Assembly: GCA_943704425.1 (NCBI GenBank)
Contig: CALSCP010002154.1
Location: 1-64,000, forward strand
DNA: 64,000 nt
From: Ministeria vibrans ATCC 50519
Lineage: Eukaryota > Protista > Filasterea
Direction of reading: 5' to 3'
Within the stretch, counting starts at the first letter, position 1; every line of letters begins with the position of its first letter. Shown here one piece after another: positions 24,400 to 38,487 of this stretch. Both the position numbers and the translations under genes were made by a program. The notes beneath the pieces were generated by a model. The model searched no databases. It was given only the letters and a program-made list of their open reading frames with translations, and was not told where the DNA came from.

Positions 24400-25308
24400 A
24401 TGGCGCAGCGAGGGGGCCGCGAGTTGCCGCCGTTGCCGCCGGCGGCGGTCGCCGGAACTTTTGGAAAAGCGACGACAGTTGACGTGTTCTGTGTGCGTCC
24501 TATTGCCCTCGACGGCCTCAACGGCAAGGCGGGCCAGGCAGGCGAAGACGGATGCAACGGGCAGGACGGCGCAACGCCTCCCAAGGCGCCCCTGGTGTCT
24601 ATGAAGCTGTCGCGCGACCCTACCGACCATCATCGCATTGTGGTGGACGTTGACGACCGCGAGAGACAGTCGCTGCGGCTTGACGGCGGGCCCGTCGGCA
24701 TCCGCGTCCATTCCGAGGGAGGCGATGCCGGCCACGGCGGCCACGGCGGCGCTGCGGGCAAGCGCATTCAAGGTCTTGTTTATCTTTATCACTCTCATCT
24801 CCTCACTCATTCTCCTCTTCCCGATTCTCTCCCATTCTGCTTCTAGGCGCTACTATCCCGCTGCGAGGCGGTCTCGGCGGCCGTGGTGGAAACGGCGGTG
24901 AAGGAGGCACTCTGCGCGTGTTGATCGATGAAGCCGACCTGTGTCTGCTCGTCCTGCTGACCGAGGTGAGACGCACGCAACGACAACGGCCGTCGAGATT
25001 CCACGCATTTTGATGCCATGCAATTGCTGCTGCTGTGTAGGTTAAATTGAAAGGTGGCAAAGCGGGTCGAAAAGGATTGGGTGGACCGGCACGCGAAGAG
25101 GACAACGTTGGCGATTTCATTGGTAGAATTTTTGTGCTGTCACACACACACACACACACACACACACAAGTGCTAACCCGCAAGAGGCGTAGGAAAAAAT
25201 GGTCTTGACGGCACAGATGGAATAGCCGGGAAGGAAGGCACAAAAGAAGTTCACGTGCGCTATCCAGATGGATCCGTAAAAGTCTTTGACGACGTAAGGA
25301 AGAAGATT

Positions 25309-25397
<89 letters not shown>

Positions 25398-28300
25398 GGA
25401 GAAAGAAACAAATTGATAGAGAGAGGGGAAACAAAGTGATAGAGAGAGAGGGAGAAAGAAACAAAGTGATAGAGAGAGAGAGAGAAAGAAACAGATAGAG
25501 AGAGCAAGCACACTCCTCTCACTTCTCCCTTTCTTCCTTACTCTCCTCATGTTTTCTATTTTGCAGCTGCTTCACTTGCACGTCACAAGTGCCACTGTGG
25601 CGCCGTCCTCGTACCACTCCGCAGGACCCAAGCCGCTCATCACACCAAGCGACACAGTCCATGTGACAGTCACACTTCACAATCCATCACCCCTGCCTTT
25701 CCCCGCTCCCTTCACCCTCACTCTTCGCTCGTCTCCCCTCGTCAACCCCACTTCTGAAATCACCGTCTCCACTCCCATTCTCCCTCGCACCACCGTCACC
25801 CTTCACGAACAATGCCTCCGTTTCTCTGTGCCTACACAGCCCCCGAAGGACGGCGACCCCCTCTCGCTCGACGCGAAGCTGCGCTTCATCGCCCGAATAC
25901 CCGGCATCAACTGTGACGTCACCGACACCAACGTAACCTTTGTGCCATTTCACGTGCAGCAGCGTCTCGAACTCAGTGCGATCTCCCTCCCGGAGTGCGT
26001 CTCCCCCGCTGGCGTTGCCCCCGTGATCACCCAAGTCGTCAACCGCGCCGCACCCGGCACCGTCGGCCACGAAAAGTCTTCCGTGCTCATTCGCGTTGCC
26101 GAGTCGGGCGCACAGCCCCTTGCCTGCCTCGTTGACCACACGGGCGCACCCCAGCACGAAATCCGCTTCGAAATAGCAAAGGACGCCATTGAAGGTGCTA
26201 CCGCCCTTACTCAGCTCTGCTCCGTCCGATTTCTCGAGAACGCCTCCCCTTACTCCACCGCCATCCTCCTCGCTCAGCTTTTCATCGACGAACGTCTCGT
26301 TCAATCTCGCATCTCCAAAATCACTCTCTCAGATGTAATCGCAAAAGAAAAATAGAAAAGAAAAACACGAACCTTGTCTCAATTTTTGCGCTACCGCTCT
26401 CTACCTTCTTTAGACATTTGAAGGACGAAGTGAAGCAGACGTGCTGCTGGTGGTGGACAGTCGGGCGACAGCCAAGGGCGTGGATGCGTGGCGGGCGCTC
26501 TGTGCGCGCGGCTGTCTCCAGGTTGACGTCTTCAACACAAGTCTCTTTGGTGGCCTGTCGTTTACGCAGCGTCTTGCAGCACTCGACGGCTGCTCGCTCG
26601 GCGAGTACGCCGCTGGTCTGGTGGTTGTGCTCTTGGCGGATGATGCTGTTCAGAATGTCGGCGTGGTTGCCAAGGCTGCCACACGCTATGGCTTCCATGT
26701 ATACGTGCCCGCTCACCCCGCAGCGCCTCCCCTCAATGACAATTGGACCCTGCCTGACTTGGCTCGCGTCGCCGACAACACCGTTAAGCGTGTTCATCCC
26801 TCCCTTGCCTCCTTCCTTCAGCAACTCCAAGAAGTCGGTACCGAACTGGCCACAACCGTGCCCGTTGAACAACCCCTCACCGAAGAGAGCATCCTCAACA
26901 AGCGCAACAGTAGCATCAAAAATACCTTGGCAGACTCGGCAACCAGCATCTCCAGCGGCACATCCACCACCATTACCGCCACCATTACTGCCACGAGAAA
27001 TAGCAACCCAAGCTTACTGGGCACTTCCTCTGCAGTCGTCAATTCGCCCACCGCCACGACTGACCTGGACTTGTCAATGTCGGCGTCTTCAACATCAACA
27101 TCGGCAGTAGCCGCCGCTCGGTCATCGCTCTCGTCCGACGCTGTCATGCTGGGATATCTCGAAAAGCGTGGCGGCGTGCAAGGGAGCAGCGGTTTCAAGC
27201 TGCGATTTTGGGCCCTCTTCCTGGACACACTCACACTTTGCTACTATAAGGCACCCGGTGACGCCTGCCCTCAGGGCATTGTTGATTTACGCGAGGCCCA
27301 CGTTAAGCTCGGTCTTAAAGACGGCGCCGCAGAGTCCCAGGCAATGGAGACTCTTCTCGAGACAGGCGAAAAGGCCGTTGCGCGTTTCCGCGTCATCACC
27401 AAACAGCGCACTTTCTACCTGTACTTTTCCGAGGCGTGTCGCGCCGCCGTGCGTGCCATCACGCACGCAGCTCACGACGACTTTATTGGCGATGCGTTTT
27501 ATCGCAAAGTAGCACGCTCCGCCGAAGAGTGGATGGTCGCCGTGGGCGGCGGGGAACAAGCCGGCTACGAAGTAAGTGCTCGCGCCCTTCTCAGCGCCAC
27601 TGGTGTCACCGTTCACACCCTTATCGCTCGCGGTGTTGACGTCAACGTACGCGGTCGCGGCGGTATTACTGCTCTCCATCAGGCCGCGCGCGTGTCCGAT
27701 GCCGAAGCGTGCGTCGCCCTGCTTCAGGCAGGCGCCAGTCTCACCGCTGAAACCGCCGAACGTCTTCGACCGATCGATCTTGCCACATCAACGGCCGTCG
27801 TCAATGTACTCAAAGGCCTTGTAAATACCCACGACGTCCTTCCCATGATCAAGGCGGGCGACATTGATGGCCTCCGGCGCATCATTACGCCCGCTAGCGC
27901 CAACTCCATGTACAGCGATCATGGCTACCGCCTGCTTCATTACGCCGCTTTCTGCGAGAGCATCGAGGCCATGGAGACCCTCGTCAAGCTCGGCGCCAAT
28001 GTCGATGCTCCAAACACCACTGGCTGGACCGTCTTGCTGGTGGCCGCATCAAAGTGTCTACTCAAGCCAATGGAGGTAAAATAATAATAATAATTAATAA
28101 TAATATTAATCGTATTGGGGTTTTTTGTTACTTCGACACTCTAACGGTATTCTTCTTTATGTATGAAAAGTGCCTTCTCCGATTGGGCGCCAAAGTGACA
28201 CTGGACAGCGACAACACTCGCGTGACACCCTTGCACTACGCGGCATTTAGTCGTCGTGACAAGCCGCCCGTCGTCGCCAAACAGCTGCTCACTGTGCGCG

Positions 28301-30779
28301 CTCAAATGTGCCGTCTGCTGATTGCATATGGTGCGCCCACTGCCGTCGAGTCGCGTGCGCTTACGGGACAGGCTGAGACGCCCGTTTCTTTGGCAACTGC
28401 TCCTGTCATCCGCTCTGCCATCGAATCGGCAGTCGCCCTGCGTCTTGTTGTCATCGCCGTGCGCTCTGGCGATGCCTCCAAGGTGAGTAAATTTGTAAAG
28501 CGACTCTCGGCCGGCCTTGACGACCGAGTTCTCGACGAGCCTCAACGACCCACCGTGTTGCACATGGCCGCCGGTGTGGGACGTGTGGACATGGTGCGTG
28601 CGCTGGTGGATGCCGGGGCAGACGTGACTGCTGTTGATGCGGAGGGACGGCGAGCGGAGCAGTGGGCACGCGACAAGGGCCACGCCGACAACAGCGAGTT
28701 GCTTGCACTGCTGAATCAACATCGGGCGCTGTCGTCGACATCGTCATCGTCGCTCTCGTCGTCCGGCGCTGTCGACTTGCAGGGCACGACATTGCTGCTC
28801 AAGTCAACGTTTGACAAGGGCACGTTGCGACGTCAGCGACAGCAGCAGCAGCAACAAAAGCAGCGTCCGCTCGAAGACGTTGTGCGCATGGCTGCCTCGG
28901 AAAACGTCCAGTTTGCTGGCTGGCTCAAGAAACGCGGTGCTGTCAACTCCGCCTACAAGCAACGTTGGTTTGTCTTGCGCAAGTCTCCACCCACCCTTGC
29001 GTATTACAAGGTATCAAGCGAGAACGGAAACAGAGAGAGAAGGAGAAAGAATCAGAGTGATGATGGAGAGAGGAGACAGAGTGAGAAATGTGTGTGTGTG
29101 TGTGTGCAGCTCAACATACTTCAGTGTGTTATTATCACTACTACTGTTATTATTATTAATTTATTATAATAATATTTTTATTTTATATTATTATTATAAT
29201 AATAATAATTATTATTATTTTTATATTATTTTTATTATTTTAACCCGTTTTTTGTTTCAATTAGTCTCCCGATAGCAAGGAGCCGCGCGGAGTGATTGAT
29301 CTGGTGCAGTTTTACGTGACTAAAACGGGCGAGGATGACGGAGGTGAGGCGTCATTGTCTGCCTCTGCCGCCACCGCGGCGTCTTTGTCGACGCCGTTCT
29401 CTACCGCGTTCAATGTGGTGACGCCCACACGGACCTTCTTTTTGGATGCGGTGGGAGGTCGAGATGGAGTGGAGTTGTTGCATCGGTGGCGACGGCTCCT
29501 GGATGTCATGTCCAAGGAAGACGACGATGCCGATGGGAGTGGTGGCAATGGTGTTGGCGCTGTGGGTGGTGTGGTTTTGGGTGGTGATGGCACAGCAGGC
29601 GGTGATGGGGGTGCCTTGTCGCGTGTTGTTGCCGAAGAAGGGGTGCTTGTTGAACGTCGTACGACGATGAATACGACGTTTTACTTTGATGAGATTGATG
29701 TGGCGGAGCAAGCGCAGCAGAGTGTTGCCGGAGACCTTTTGCGGATTGTGGCGGAACGAGCTGCCAATGGACTGCGCCGCAATGCGCCTGCACAACGTTT
29801 CACCGTCGTCTACGAGTGCAGTGCGGACAGTAAAGGTAGCACGAGTGGTGGTGTTGACAAGCAATCGCATACCGTGTCGCTGGGCAAGCTGCGTGTGTAC
29901 GCTGCGACGCCCAACCGCAATGCAACCGTCACGTACCGCTGTGGCGACCGAGAGTGTGTGTATGCACAAGACGAGGTGTGTGGCGAGGAGAGCACGCTTG
30001 CCTTTCTGTGCGCACTCCCTTTCCCCACCAAAATGCTCTTGCTCGCACGACTGCCTGCGACGTTTGCGTCCAACGCCGACACGCGCATGTACGCCGAGTG
30101 TCTGTCGCGCGCGATTTTGGCGGGTCTGTGCGATGAGCTTGCGTGTTTCTGGCAGGTCGAGTGGTCTGTGGAGCGTTTGGTGAATCCACGACAAGGATTT
30201 GCACTGCTTCACGCCTTCTCGACGCTCAAGACGGTGGAGCGGGGCACCGACAAGCGTCTTCTCGTCGAGGAGATTGCGGTGACGATGATGGCGTTGAATC
30301 GACGGCTGGCGATGCAACAAAAGCAAGTGGCGGGGCTGGGTCCTCCACAGCGACGCAGTGGCAGCCAGTCGGCCGCGATGCTCCAGCTGTTCGAGTCGTT
30401 TGTGCGCCAATTGACCTTTGGCGAGGCAGACACGGACAGTGCCCGTCGCGAGACAGTGCGAAATGTGTTTGCAGATCTGACCGCGCGTGCAACAGCACGT
30501 GCAGCGGACACACAACAAACTGGAACGATCGACGAACAGCTGTGGCGACTGCGCAAGCCGTTTGGCAGTGGGGGCAGTTCGGCGCTCACACGCAACGCTG
30601 GCTCGCTCTTCTTCCCTAACACCGTGTGCTCGGCTGCCGAGGCGCGCGTGGTACCCGCCGAGCCCACCATCCTTGTCGAGGGTCGCTATGTCTACCGCAC
30701 CAATCTTGATCGCGTCCGTGAACTCAACGCATTGGGTCAGACTACTCACTTTCGCTATAAAGCGAAAGCAAAAGAATAA
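24400..30779 (+). CDS. Large multidomain protein: Gly-rich N-terminus, beta-rich region, PH, ankyrin repeats, second PH, helical C-terminus; multi-exon
   Basis: GLNGKAGQAGEDGCNGQDG, GGDAGHGGHGG, GGLGGRGGNGGEGG. PH1 MLGYLEKRGG..FKLRFWAL..LCYYK..PQGIVDL. Ankyrins ITALHQAA, LLHYAA, TPLHYAA, TVLHMAA. PH2 FAGWLKKRGAVNSAYKQRWFVL..LAYYK|SPDSKEPRGVIDL..FNVVTPTRTFFL. Same-strand exons joined by plausible GT-AG introns; the single-gene model is inferred. Confidence 0.65.
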
Positions 30780-30953
30780 CCGTTGCTATAATAAAACTAT
30801 GTTGTATACCGTAATCATCAATGATAATAATTTTTGTCTATGGCGGAAGTATTGTGCTGCCTTTTGTTTTGTATAATGCCTTGTTTTGACATTGTGTACA
30901 GCTCACGATTTTCTATAATACGAGAAGTAATTTTATTATTATTATTTTCTTAT

Positions 30954-31266
30954 TCACCCTTCCCCTTCCCCTTCTTTCAAATTGGACGTGTTTTGTTTTC
31001 CAAAGAGCTGAGCAAAGCGATGCTGCTGGCGGAGGGCAATCCAGTGGTTGACCTTCCAGATATCGGCAAGGGGCTCACCGTCCAGATGGGTGGGCTGGTA
31101 TGACGGCGGGCCGTGCTCGGGCGTCAGAGTCACTTCGTCGACGTCCCCTCGTCGCTGCTGCGCCTGCCAGATGGCGTCCCACCACCTCTCATCTACAGAA
31201 GACAAGCATGGTGAACTGATAGAAGGAAACGATTGGATATTCCTTTCTTCCTTTTCTTCTTCTTCT

Positions 31267-31297
<31 letters not shown>

Positions 31298-32139
31298 GGT
31301 ATTTACGGCCTTGTGTGTACGAGAGCCACGCCTCGGCGCGTGGGTCTGCGACTTGAGGCCCGTGATCGTAGCCGACTCTCGCGTGAATGTGCCGGAAGGA
31401 CGGTGCGAACGATTCAATGACGCGCGTTAGATCGGGGTCGCTGGTGTTGGTTTCTGCCACGTTGATCCAGTGCGACAGATCCGCGACCATCTCCAGCGGA
31501 GCACACGCGTTTGTTGTGGCGACGGACGGAACAAAGTCGCGAGTGACCCACGGCGAGTATAGAAGCCGCTTGCGATGCGTCTCGTGGTACACACGGTAGC
31601 CGTGGTCCTTTTGCCAGGCGAGCGCGTCCTCGAAGAATGCGCGGCCCATGTCGGCAGTGAAGAAATCGCTGCACGAGTGACTGTTGACAAAGGATGGGCG
31701 CAGTGACTGCGCCGCCTCAACCTGTTCCTTGAACACAGCGAGGTGGCGTGCCACAATTGCCTTTGCATCTGCTTCACCGCCCTCGCAGGGTCGTGTGAAT
31801 CCATCGTGCGCACCGCCAAAGGGTCCTGGGGCGCCGGGAGCGGCGGGTCCGCTGGTAAACACCATCACAATCACTTTGAGGTTTGTCTGCGCGAGGAGCT
31901 CTCTGAAACGCTCAAGGCCGTAGTCAAGGAATACTTTGAATGGAGCCTCGACTCCGTCATAGCCAAGGGCAGCAATGGCGGGCAGTGCTTCATCGAGCGT
32001 AGCGTATGGCGACTGATAAAAGTGTGTGAAAACAAAAACAAACAATTTTATGATTTGATTGAGGAGAGAATACCCGAGCCTTTTGGCCGTCGGTGGCGTC
32101 TACAACGCCCCACAGACTGCGGTAGATTCGAAGTTTCAT
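30954..32139 (-). CDS. Xylose-isomerase-like TIM-barrel (sugar phosphate isomerase/epimerase family), 3 exons
   Basis: MKLRIYRSLWG | ..GYDGVE, HETHRKRLLYSPW, ADLSHW..AE, HIHARVGYDHGPQVADPRA, EHGPPSYQP. Confidence 0.8.
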
Positions 32140-32461
32140 AGAAGTATATACAAAATAAATAATCAAAAATGCATTTAAATAATAGCCGTTTCAACTAAGG
32201 ACATGGACGTAATTTATTGGACGAGGGTACTGCCCAGAGTCTCGCTGTCCTGAGTATCCTCGTATTCTTATTGTTTTAGCATTGGCCTAATAATAATTAA
32301 TAAGAGAGAATCGAGAGCTGTACCTGTCGGTGTGTAAACAAATATTTACAAACATGAATCAATATTGAAAGCAAGAGACACAACACCACACGACCACGAC
32401 TCACACAAGAGGCAAAATCACTAACACTAGCAATTGGTAGATACACAAAGAGGGATAATAG

Positions 32462-33082
32462 CTAGGGTTGAACACCAAAGTCGGTGGTGGGCAAGGCAAG
32501 GACGAGTGAGTCGCGTGTGACAAAGTCCACATCCTCGCATTCGTGTGATGCTGCCTGTGCCGTGTAGTACACACCGTCGCCGTAAGGCGGCTGGTGCCAG
32601 GTGCCCATCGAGATGACGACGGATCGCTTGCCCGAGAAGTGGACAAGGCGCAGGTCGCCTGGCTGCAAGTGGGCACACCCGACGGCGGCCGGGGCGAGCA
32701 GCAAGGCAAAGCGCTGGCCGCTCAAGGGGTGGAAGAGCTGCTCTGACGTCGGGTGGTTGTTGACCTCGCGCACAAGCGCGTGCGGTGTCACGGAGCGGTC
32801 GTCGAGGCGCGATGCGATGGTGTACTCGGGCATCTTGATGCCGTCGTTGCGCGCATGGATCGTCTTCGGCGACGACCACACGGAGAAAGGGCCGTGCGCC
32901 ACGCCCCCCTCAGTGCTGATCTTCACGGTCGACGCCCAGTCCTCAAAGCCGCCCGGCACGTCCACGTAGTGCCCGTACGGCGCGAGTTCTTCTTCCGAAG
33001 GATCGTGCAACTCTTTCACAACAAACACTGGCAGACCCGAGAGCGCCTTGTCCGAGTAGTCGGCGTATCCAGAGGGGGCCAT
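32462..33082 (-). CDS. Ureidoglycolate lyase-like cupin protein, single exon
   Basis: LAPYGH, NNHPTSEQLFHPLSG (compare ERHPxxSQxFxP) and GTWHQPP. Confidence 0.55.
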   Translation of the reverse strand: MAPSGYADYSDKALSGLPVFVVKELHDPSEEELAPYGHYVDVPGGFEDWASTVKISTEGGVAHGPFSVWSSPKTIHARNDGIKMPEYTIASRLDDRSVTPHALVREVNNHPTSEQLFHPLSGQRFALLLAPAAVGCAHLQPGDLRLVHFSGKRSVVISMGTWHQPPYGDGVYYTAQAASHECEDVDFVTRDSLVLALPTTDFGVQP

Positions 33083-33232
33083 CTGTAGTGTAGAGAGAGA
33101 GTGTGTGTGCGAGAGAGAAAGAAAGAAGTGTCAAGTGTCTCTGAAGTCCGAAGTTTGAACTTTGAACTATCAAAAAGTATTAAGAACACTGATCATCTCT
33201 CTCATTGTTTGTTGTCTATCGTACTGCTTGTC

Positions 33233-33590
33233 ATGCACCGCTCATTTGAACCACTTCATCCGTCGACAAGCCGCCTGTTGTCCTCCCAGAGGGAGGCAGA
33301 CGCCTACGACCGCCATCGTCGCGCACTCGGCAAAGTCAAGCCAGTCGTCGACACCGGAGCGCCGCGCAGCCATCCTCACTTGCGAAGCAAATCAAAGGTG
33401 CGCCGTCTCACTGGTTTGTCGCAGACCCAAGACGAGAGACGACTGACAACAAATATTATCAACATTCCCAGAAAAAGCAACAGGAGAAAGAACGCTTGAC
33501 GGAGATTGAGCGCGATAACCGCCTCTTGTTAGAGAAGATGTCGGGCATCATGGCAGGACAAGGACAGGTTCGCATTAAACTCAAAAGAGT

Positions 33591-33621
<31 letters not shown>

Positions 33622-34134
33622 CGCTTCGTTGTCAGGGGCAACCGCTTTTTTTGCACGTCTTGTTGACCACGCTTGTGAGCCATAGACGTGTCTTTAGCTG
33701 ATGCCAAGCATGTCATTGCCAGCCCAAGTGCATTGTACATGTCCACCCGATGTTTACGACACTGATATTTGTCACGCGCTCTTTTAACGTATCTTTCATC
33801 CCAGGTCGATCATGTCAATCGCTATGAGGAATGCACGCAGCGATCCCTGAATCGAGGCAAGCGCAAGCGTGAGCTGGAGCGAATTACACGTGAAAACGAG
33901 CGAATGCTGCGGGCGTTGCAGGCGCGTCAGCCGTCTCTCTCGCGCAGAAAATGGGACAAGGAGCACGAGAAGAGCGAGTATCTCAAGAAGCAAATTACGC
34001 GGTTCCCATTAGGTCCACCCGTATTGGGCGACTCGCCCGGTCGACGCGACGGCGAGCGTGCTATGCGCGAGGATGCGTACTCGCCCGACGATGGCAACGA
34101 GGAGTACGAGGATGTCGACGAGGAAGGCGATTGA
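33233..34134 (+). CDS. CFAP97/KIAA1430 (Hemingway)-family cilia/flagella protein, 3 exons
   Basis: MHRSFEPLHP..AYDRHRRALGKVKPVVDTGAP..HL | KKQQEKERLTEIERDNRLLLEKMSGIM | SLNRGKRKRELERITRENERMLRAL..W. Confidence 0.8.
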
Positions 34135-34288
34135 TGCGAAAGATGTTGGATTCTCTTGCGGCATCACGGTGTGTATATGTAACGGAGATCGAAGCCTTGT
34201 TATTTTTTATTACTGTTGATTCAACCCCGCACACACACACATAGAGAGAGAGAGAAAAAAAAAGAAAAAGAAAAAAAAAGATCGAGAG

Positions 34289-34826
34289 CTACTGGGCACT
34301 GGCGAGTTTGCGGAGGACGTAGTTGAGGATACCGCCGTGCTGGTAGTAGGCGATCTCAAGGGCCGTATCAAGACGCACCTTGGTCTCAAACTCAACGCCC
34401 GAGCTGGCGCGCACCTTGAGCGTCTGGCCGACTGTGAATGCGTCGGGAATGGCAAAATCAAACGTTTCCTTGCCGGTCAGACCGAGCGAGTCAGCGTCAG
34501 CGCCCGGAAGGAACTGAAGCGGAAGAATGCCCATGCCGACCAGGTTGGATCGGTGGATGCGCTCATAGTCCACCTGAAGATCAACAAATAAGAAAGTGAG
34601 ATGGATAGGAATGAGCCGAGAGAGTCGATTGTACCGCAATGACGGAGCTGATGCCGAGCATCCACGGGCCCTTGGCGGCCCAGTCGCGGCTTGAGCCAGA
34701 CCCGTACGCCTTGCCCGCCAGGACCACCAGCGCACTGCCCTCCGACCGGTACCGCGCAGCGGCGTCGTAAATGTCCATCTAACCATGAGAGGGAGAGTGG
34801 GAGAGACGAGGCAGAAAGAAACGAAG

Positions 34827-34913
<87 letters not shown>

Positions 34914-36501
34914 AGAGGAAAAACAAAGCGTTAAAGAGACAGAGAAGAGAGAGAAAAGAGAGGAAAAACAAAGCGTTAAAGAGACAGAGCAGAGAGAGAA
35001 AAGAGAGGGAAAACAAAGCGTTAAAGAGACAGAGAGAGGGAGCAGAGGGGAGAACAGGAGAAAAACAAAAACAAAAATGGAAAATAGCGTGCATGTGGTA
35101 AGGCACCTTGTCTCCAGACGGGACGTGGACTGTCTTAGGGCCCGGGACACCATCCATGAGCTTGTTGACAAGGCGGATGTTGGCAAAGGTGCCACGCGCC
35201 ATGACGTCGTCGTTGCCACGACGACTGCCGTACGAGTTAAAATCGCGCGGTGTCAGCGAGTGCTTGTCGCTCAGGTAGCGCGCAGCAGGGCCTGCAGTGA
35301 AGAAGTGCACACACGTATTAGTAGAACGTACACTTGAATTCGTATTGTGGGTTATTTCTGTTTACTGTTTCGTGCAATGTTTCCGGCCGGTGAAATGTGG
35401 TCGGTGGTGACGGAATCACCCACGTTGAGCAGTGCATGCGCACCCTTGATCTGACGCAGAGCCGGAACCTACAACAAATACACAATGTGTGACAACTCGT
35501 TCCGTTCATAACATGCAATTGATACCTCCAACTTGACCCAGTCAAAGAAGGGAGGGCGCTGGATGTATGAGGAGGGAGGCCACGCGTAGAGCGTATCAGT
35601 CGTGACCGGCAGCGCATTCCACGCCGCATTGCCGTCTTTGATGCTCTCGTACACCTCTGCGAACAACTGTACCAATACAACCAAGATGATCAGCGTCCAT
35701 CTCTCTGCTGTCTCGTCATGTGCGTACCTTGGGGACCACTGTTTGGTTGATGACTTTGCTCACTTCCTCATTCGTGGGCCAAATATCGCGCAGGAACACA
35801 TCCTTTCCTTCCTTGTCCTGCCTACACTCGCCCAAAACACATCGCGAATAAGTATATATATATTAAAAAACAAAATAAAAGCTACCCAATCGGCTCAGTC
35901 TCAAAATCAATGCGAACTGTTCCCGCAAGCGCATAGGCGACAACCAACGGGGGACTCGCAAGGTAGTTAGCGCGTGTCAGCGAGTGGATGCGCCCTTCAA
36001 AGTTACGGTTGCCCGACAGAACACCACAGACAACCAAATCGTTCTGTACCCAAAACCAGCATGTTAGTATATTAATTGTATGTATGTATGTATGTGTGTG
36101 TGTGTGTGCGTGTGTGTGGCAGTGACTAGTGTCAGCTTACGGCCTCAATGGCATCGCCAACTTCCTGGTCGAGGGGTCCGCTGTTGCCAATGCAGGACAT
36201 GCACCCGTAGCCCACCGTGTGGAAACTACGTACGAGAGATGATGCATTAGACACATACATCGTGCAAGATTAGAGTGTTTGTGAAGAACACATACACACG
36301 CACAATCCGCTCCCTCACAAACAAACAAACAAACAAAAATGTACCCGAGTTTCTCAAGGAACGGAGTGACTCCACTGTCGTTCAGGTAGCGCGTGACAAC
36401 ACCACTTCCCGGCGACAGGCTCGTCTTGACAAACGATGGCACTGAGAGACCCTTCTCAACAGCCTACAAAAATAAAAACAACAGATGAGCCGACCTCACT
36501 C

Positions 36502-36554
<53 letters not shown>

Positions 36555-38377
36555 ACATTTGCAATCACATACACTTAGTGATCGATTGAGTCATATCTTA
36601 GTAATGGATTATTATTACCTTCTTGGCAATGAGACCGGCACCCAGCATGACGGACGGATTGCTGGTGTTGGTGCAGCTGGTGATGGCCGCAATGACCACA
36701 CTGCCGTGCTTGAGCGTCTCTGAGCCTCCCTTGTACGCAAACTTGCTCTCGGCCGAGAGAGTCTCGGGTTTCAGCGCAAATCCCTTGAAGCCAACGGGAC
36801 TGACGAGGCACTACAATATTATTATTATTTTAAGAAAGTGTAAGTCTGCTTGTGGAAGAGAAAACACTGCCATGCAATTGAACGTGCCTGGTCAAAGTCC
36901 TTCTTCATGTCGGCCACAGGAACACGGTCGTGCGGGCGCTTGGGACCTACCAAACGAAAAAAAACATCAACTCGCCACACACTTGACAGCCTCGTATTAA
37001 TTACCGGCAAGACAGGGAACGACCGTTGCGAGATCCAACTCAACGCACTGCGAGTAGTGGATACGTCCTTCGTCGGTAGCGTCGTTGTAGTCGCGCAGCA
37101 TCCCCTGGGCCGCCAGGTACGACCGCACAAGCCCAATGTGCTCCTGTGCATACAAACACAAACATAGGAAACAAGAAAAAGAGACGCCATGATCAATAAA
37201 GACAGGGCACATCGAGTCAAACTGACCGAATTGCGGTTGGTCTGGGTGAGGTAGTCAATGGCGACGTTGTCCACAGCAAAGAAGCCCACTGTGGCACCAT
37301 ACTCGGGCGCCATGTTGGCAATGGTCGCGCGGTCCGCCACCGAGAGCTGAGCCACACCAGGACCTACATCATGTCACACATGAGGATAACAATCATATGG
37401 ACCCAAAGTACATCATACCGTAGAACTCGACAAACTTGCCAACAACACCAACATCACGCAGATGCTTGGTGATGGTGAGCACGACATCGGTGCTGGTGGC
37501 CAGGGACGACATGGTCCCCGTGAGACGGTAGCCGACGACACGCGGGAGCAGCATGCTAATGGCCTGGCCGAGCATGACCGCCTCCGCCTCAATGCCACCC
37601 ACGCCCCACCCGACGACACCCAATCCGTTGATCATCGTCGTGTGCGAGTCGGTGCCCACCAATGAGTCGGGGTACACAAGACCGTCGCGGTCAAACACCA
37701 CGCGCGCAAGGTACTCCAGGTTCACCTAAGAAAAATAACCCCCCATAATCCCATGAGATTAGATCAAACCACAAACATACGTCGAGCACGCCAATACACA
37801 ATATTAGTTCTCTCTGAGGGGTGTCTCTATCTCACCTGGTGGACAATGCCCGAGCCCGGCGGCACCACCTTCATGTTGTCAAAGGCGTGTGCGCCGTACT
37901 TGAGAAACTGGAAGCGCTCAAAGTTACGCTCAAACTCCAGCTTGCTGTTCTTCTCAAGAGCATCCGGAGTGCCACTCACATCCACCTGCACCGAGTGATC
38001 AATCACCAGGTCAACGGGACACAGCGGGTTGATCTTCTTGGGATCGCCACCAAGGCGGTCCATCGCCGTGCGCATTGCTGCAAAGTCAACAACCGCAGGC
38101 ACTCCAGTGAAGTCCTACACACATGAAACAAGACGTGGTGATTGTGTGAGCACAAAAAAAAAAAAAGAAACATATAAAAAAATGATCTCACCTGGAGAAT
38201 GACACGGGCCGGCTTGAAGGGAATTTCGGCGTTGAGCTCACTCGACACTTTCCAGTCCAAAATGCGCTCAACGTCTTCGCGGGTGAACGCGAAGTTGTCG
38301 CACGAGCGCAGCGAGCATTCCAGCAGCACGCGGATGCTGTAGGGCAGCGAGGCAACGCGGGCGTCGTTGAGGGCCGA
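34289..38377 (-). CDS. ACO1: Aconitate hydratase, AcnA/IRP1 (cytosolic) type; main body, multi-exon
   Basis: [22 protein letters not shown]|[30 protein letters not shown]|[94 protein letters not shown]. Confidence 0.96.
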
Positions 38378-38487
38378 CTGAGTGAATGTGAGACAAACAA
38401 GATACGAACAAAAAGCACAGTGGCGTATCTTTCACGTGATGGGATGTCCGAAACTCATTTTNNNNNNNNNNTTTTTTTTTTTTACAG

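Noticed and set aside
33592-33620. Poly-G tract (G-quadruplex?)
   Set aside because: An intronic homopolymer of unreliable length with no supporting context.
38405-38461. 57-bp inverted copy of aconitase intron 1 as an exon-looping stem or transposon TIR
   Set aside because: It also ends at a contig edge with microhomology at the switch point, the same artefact signature as at 22943. No transposase or target-site duplication is seen.
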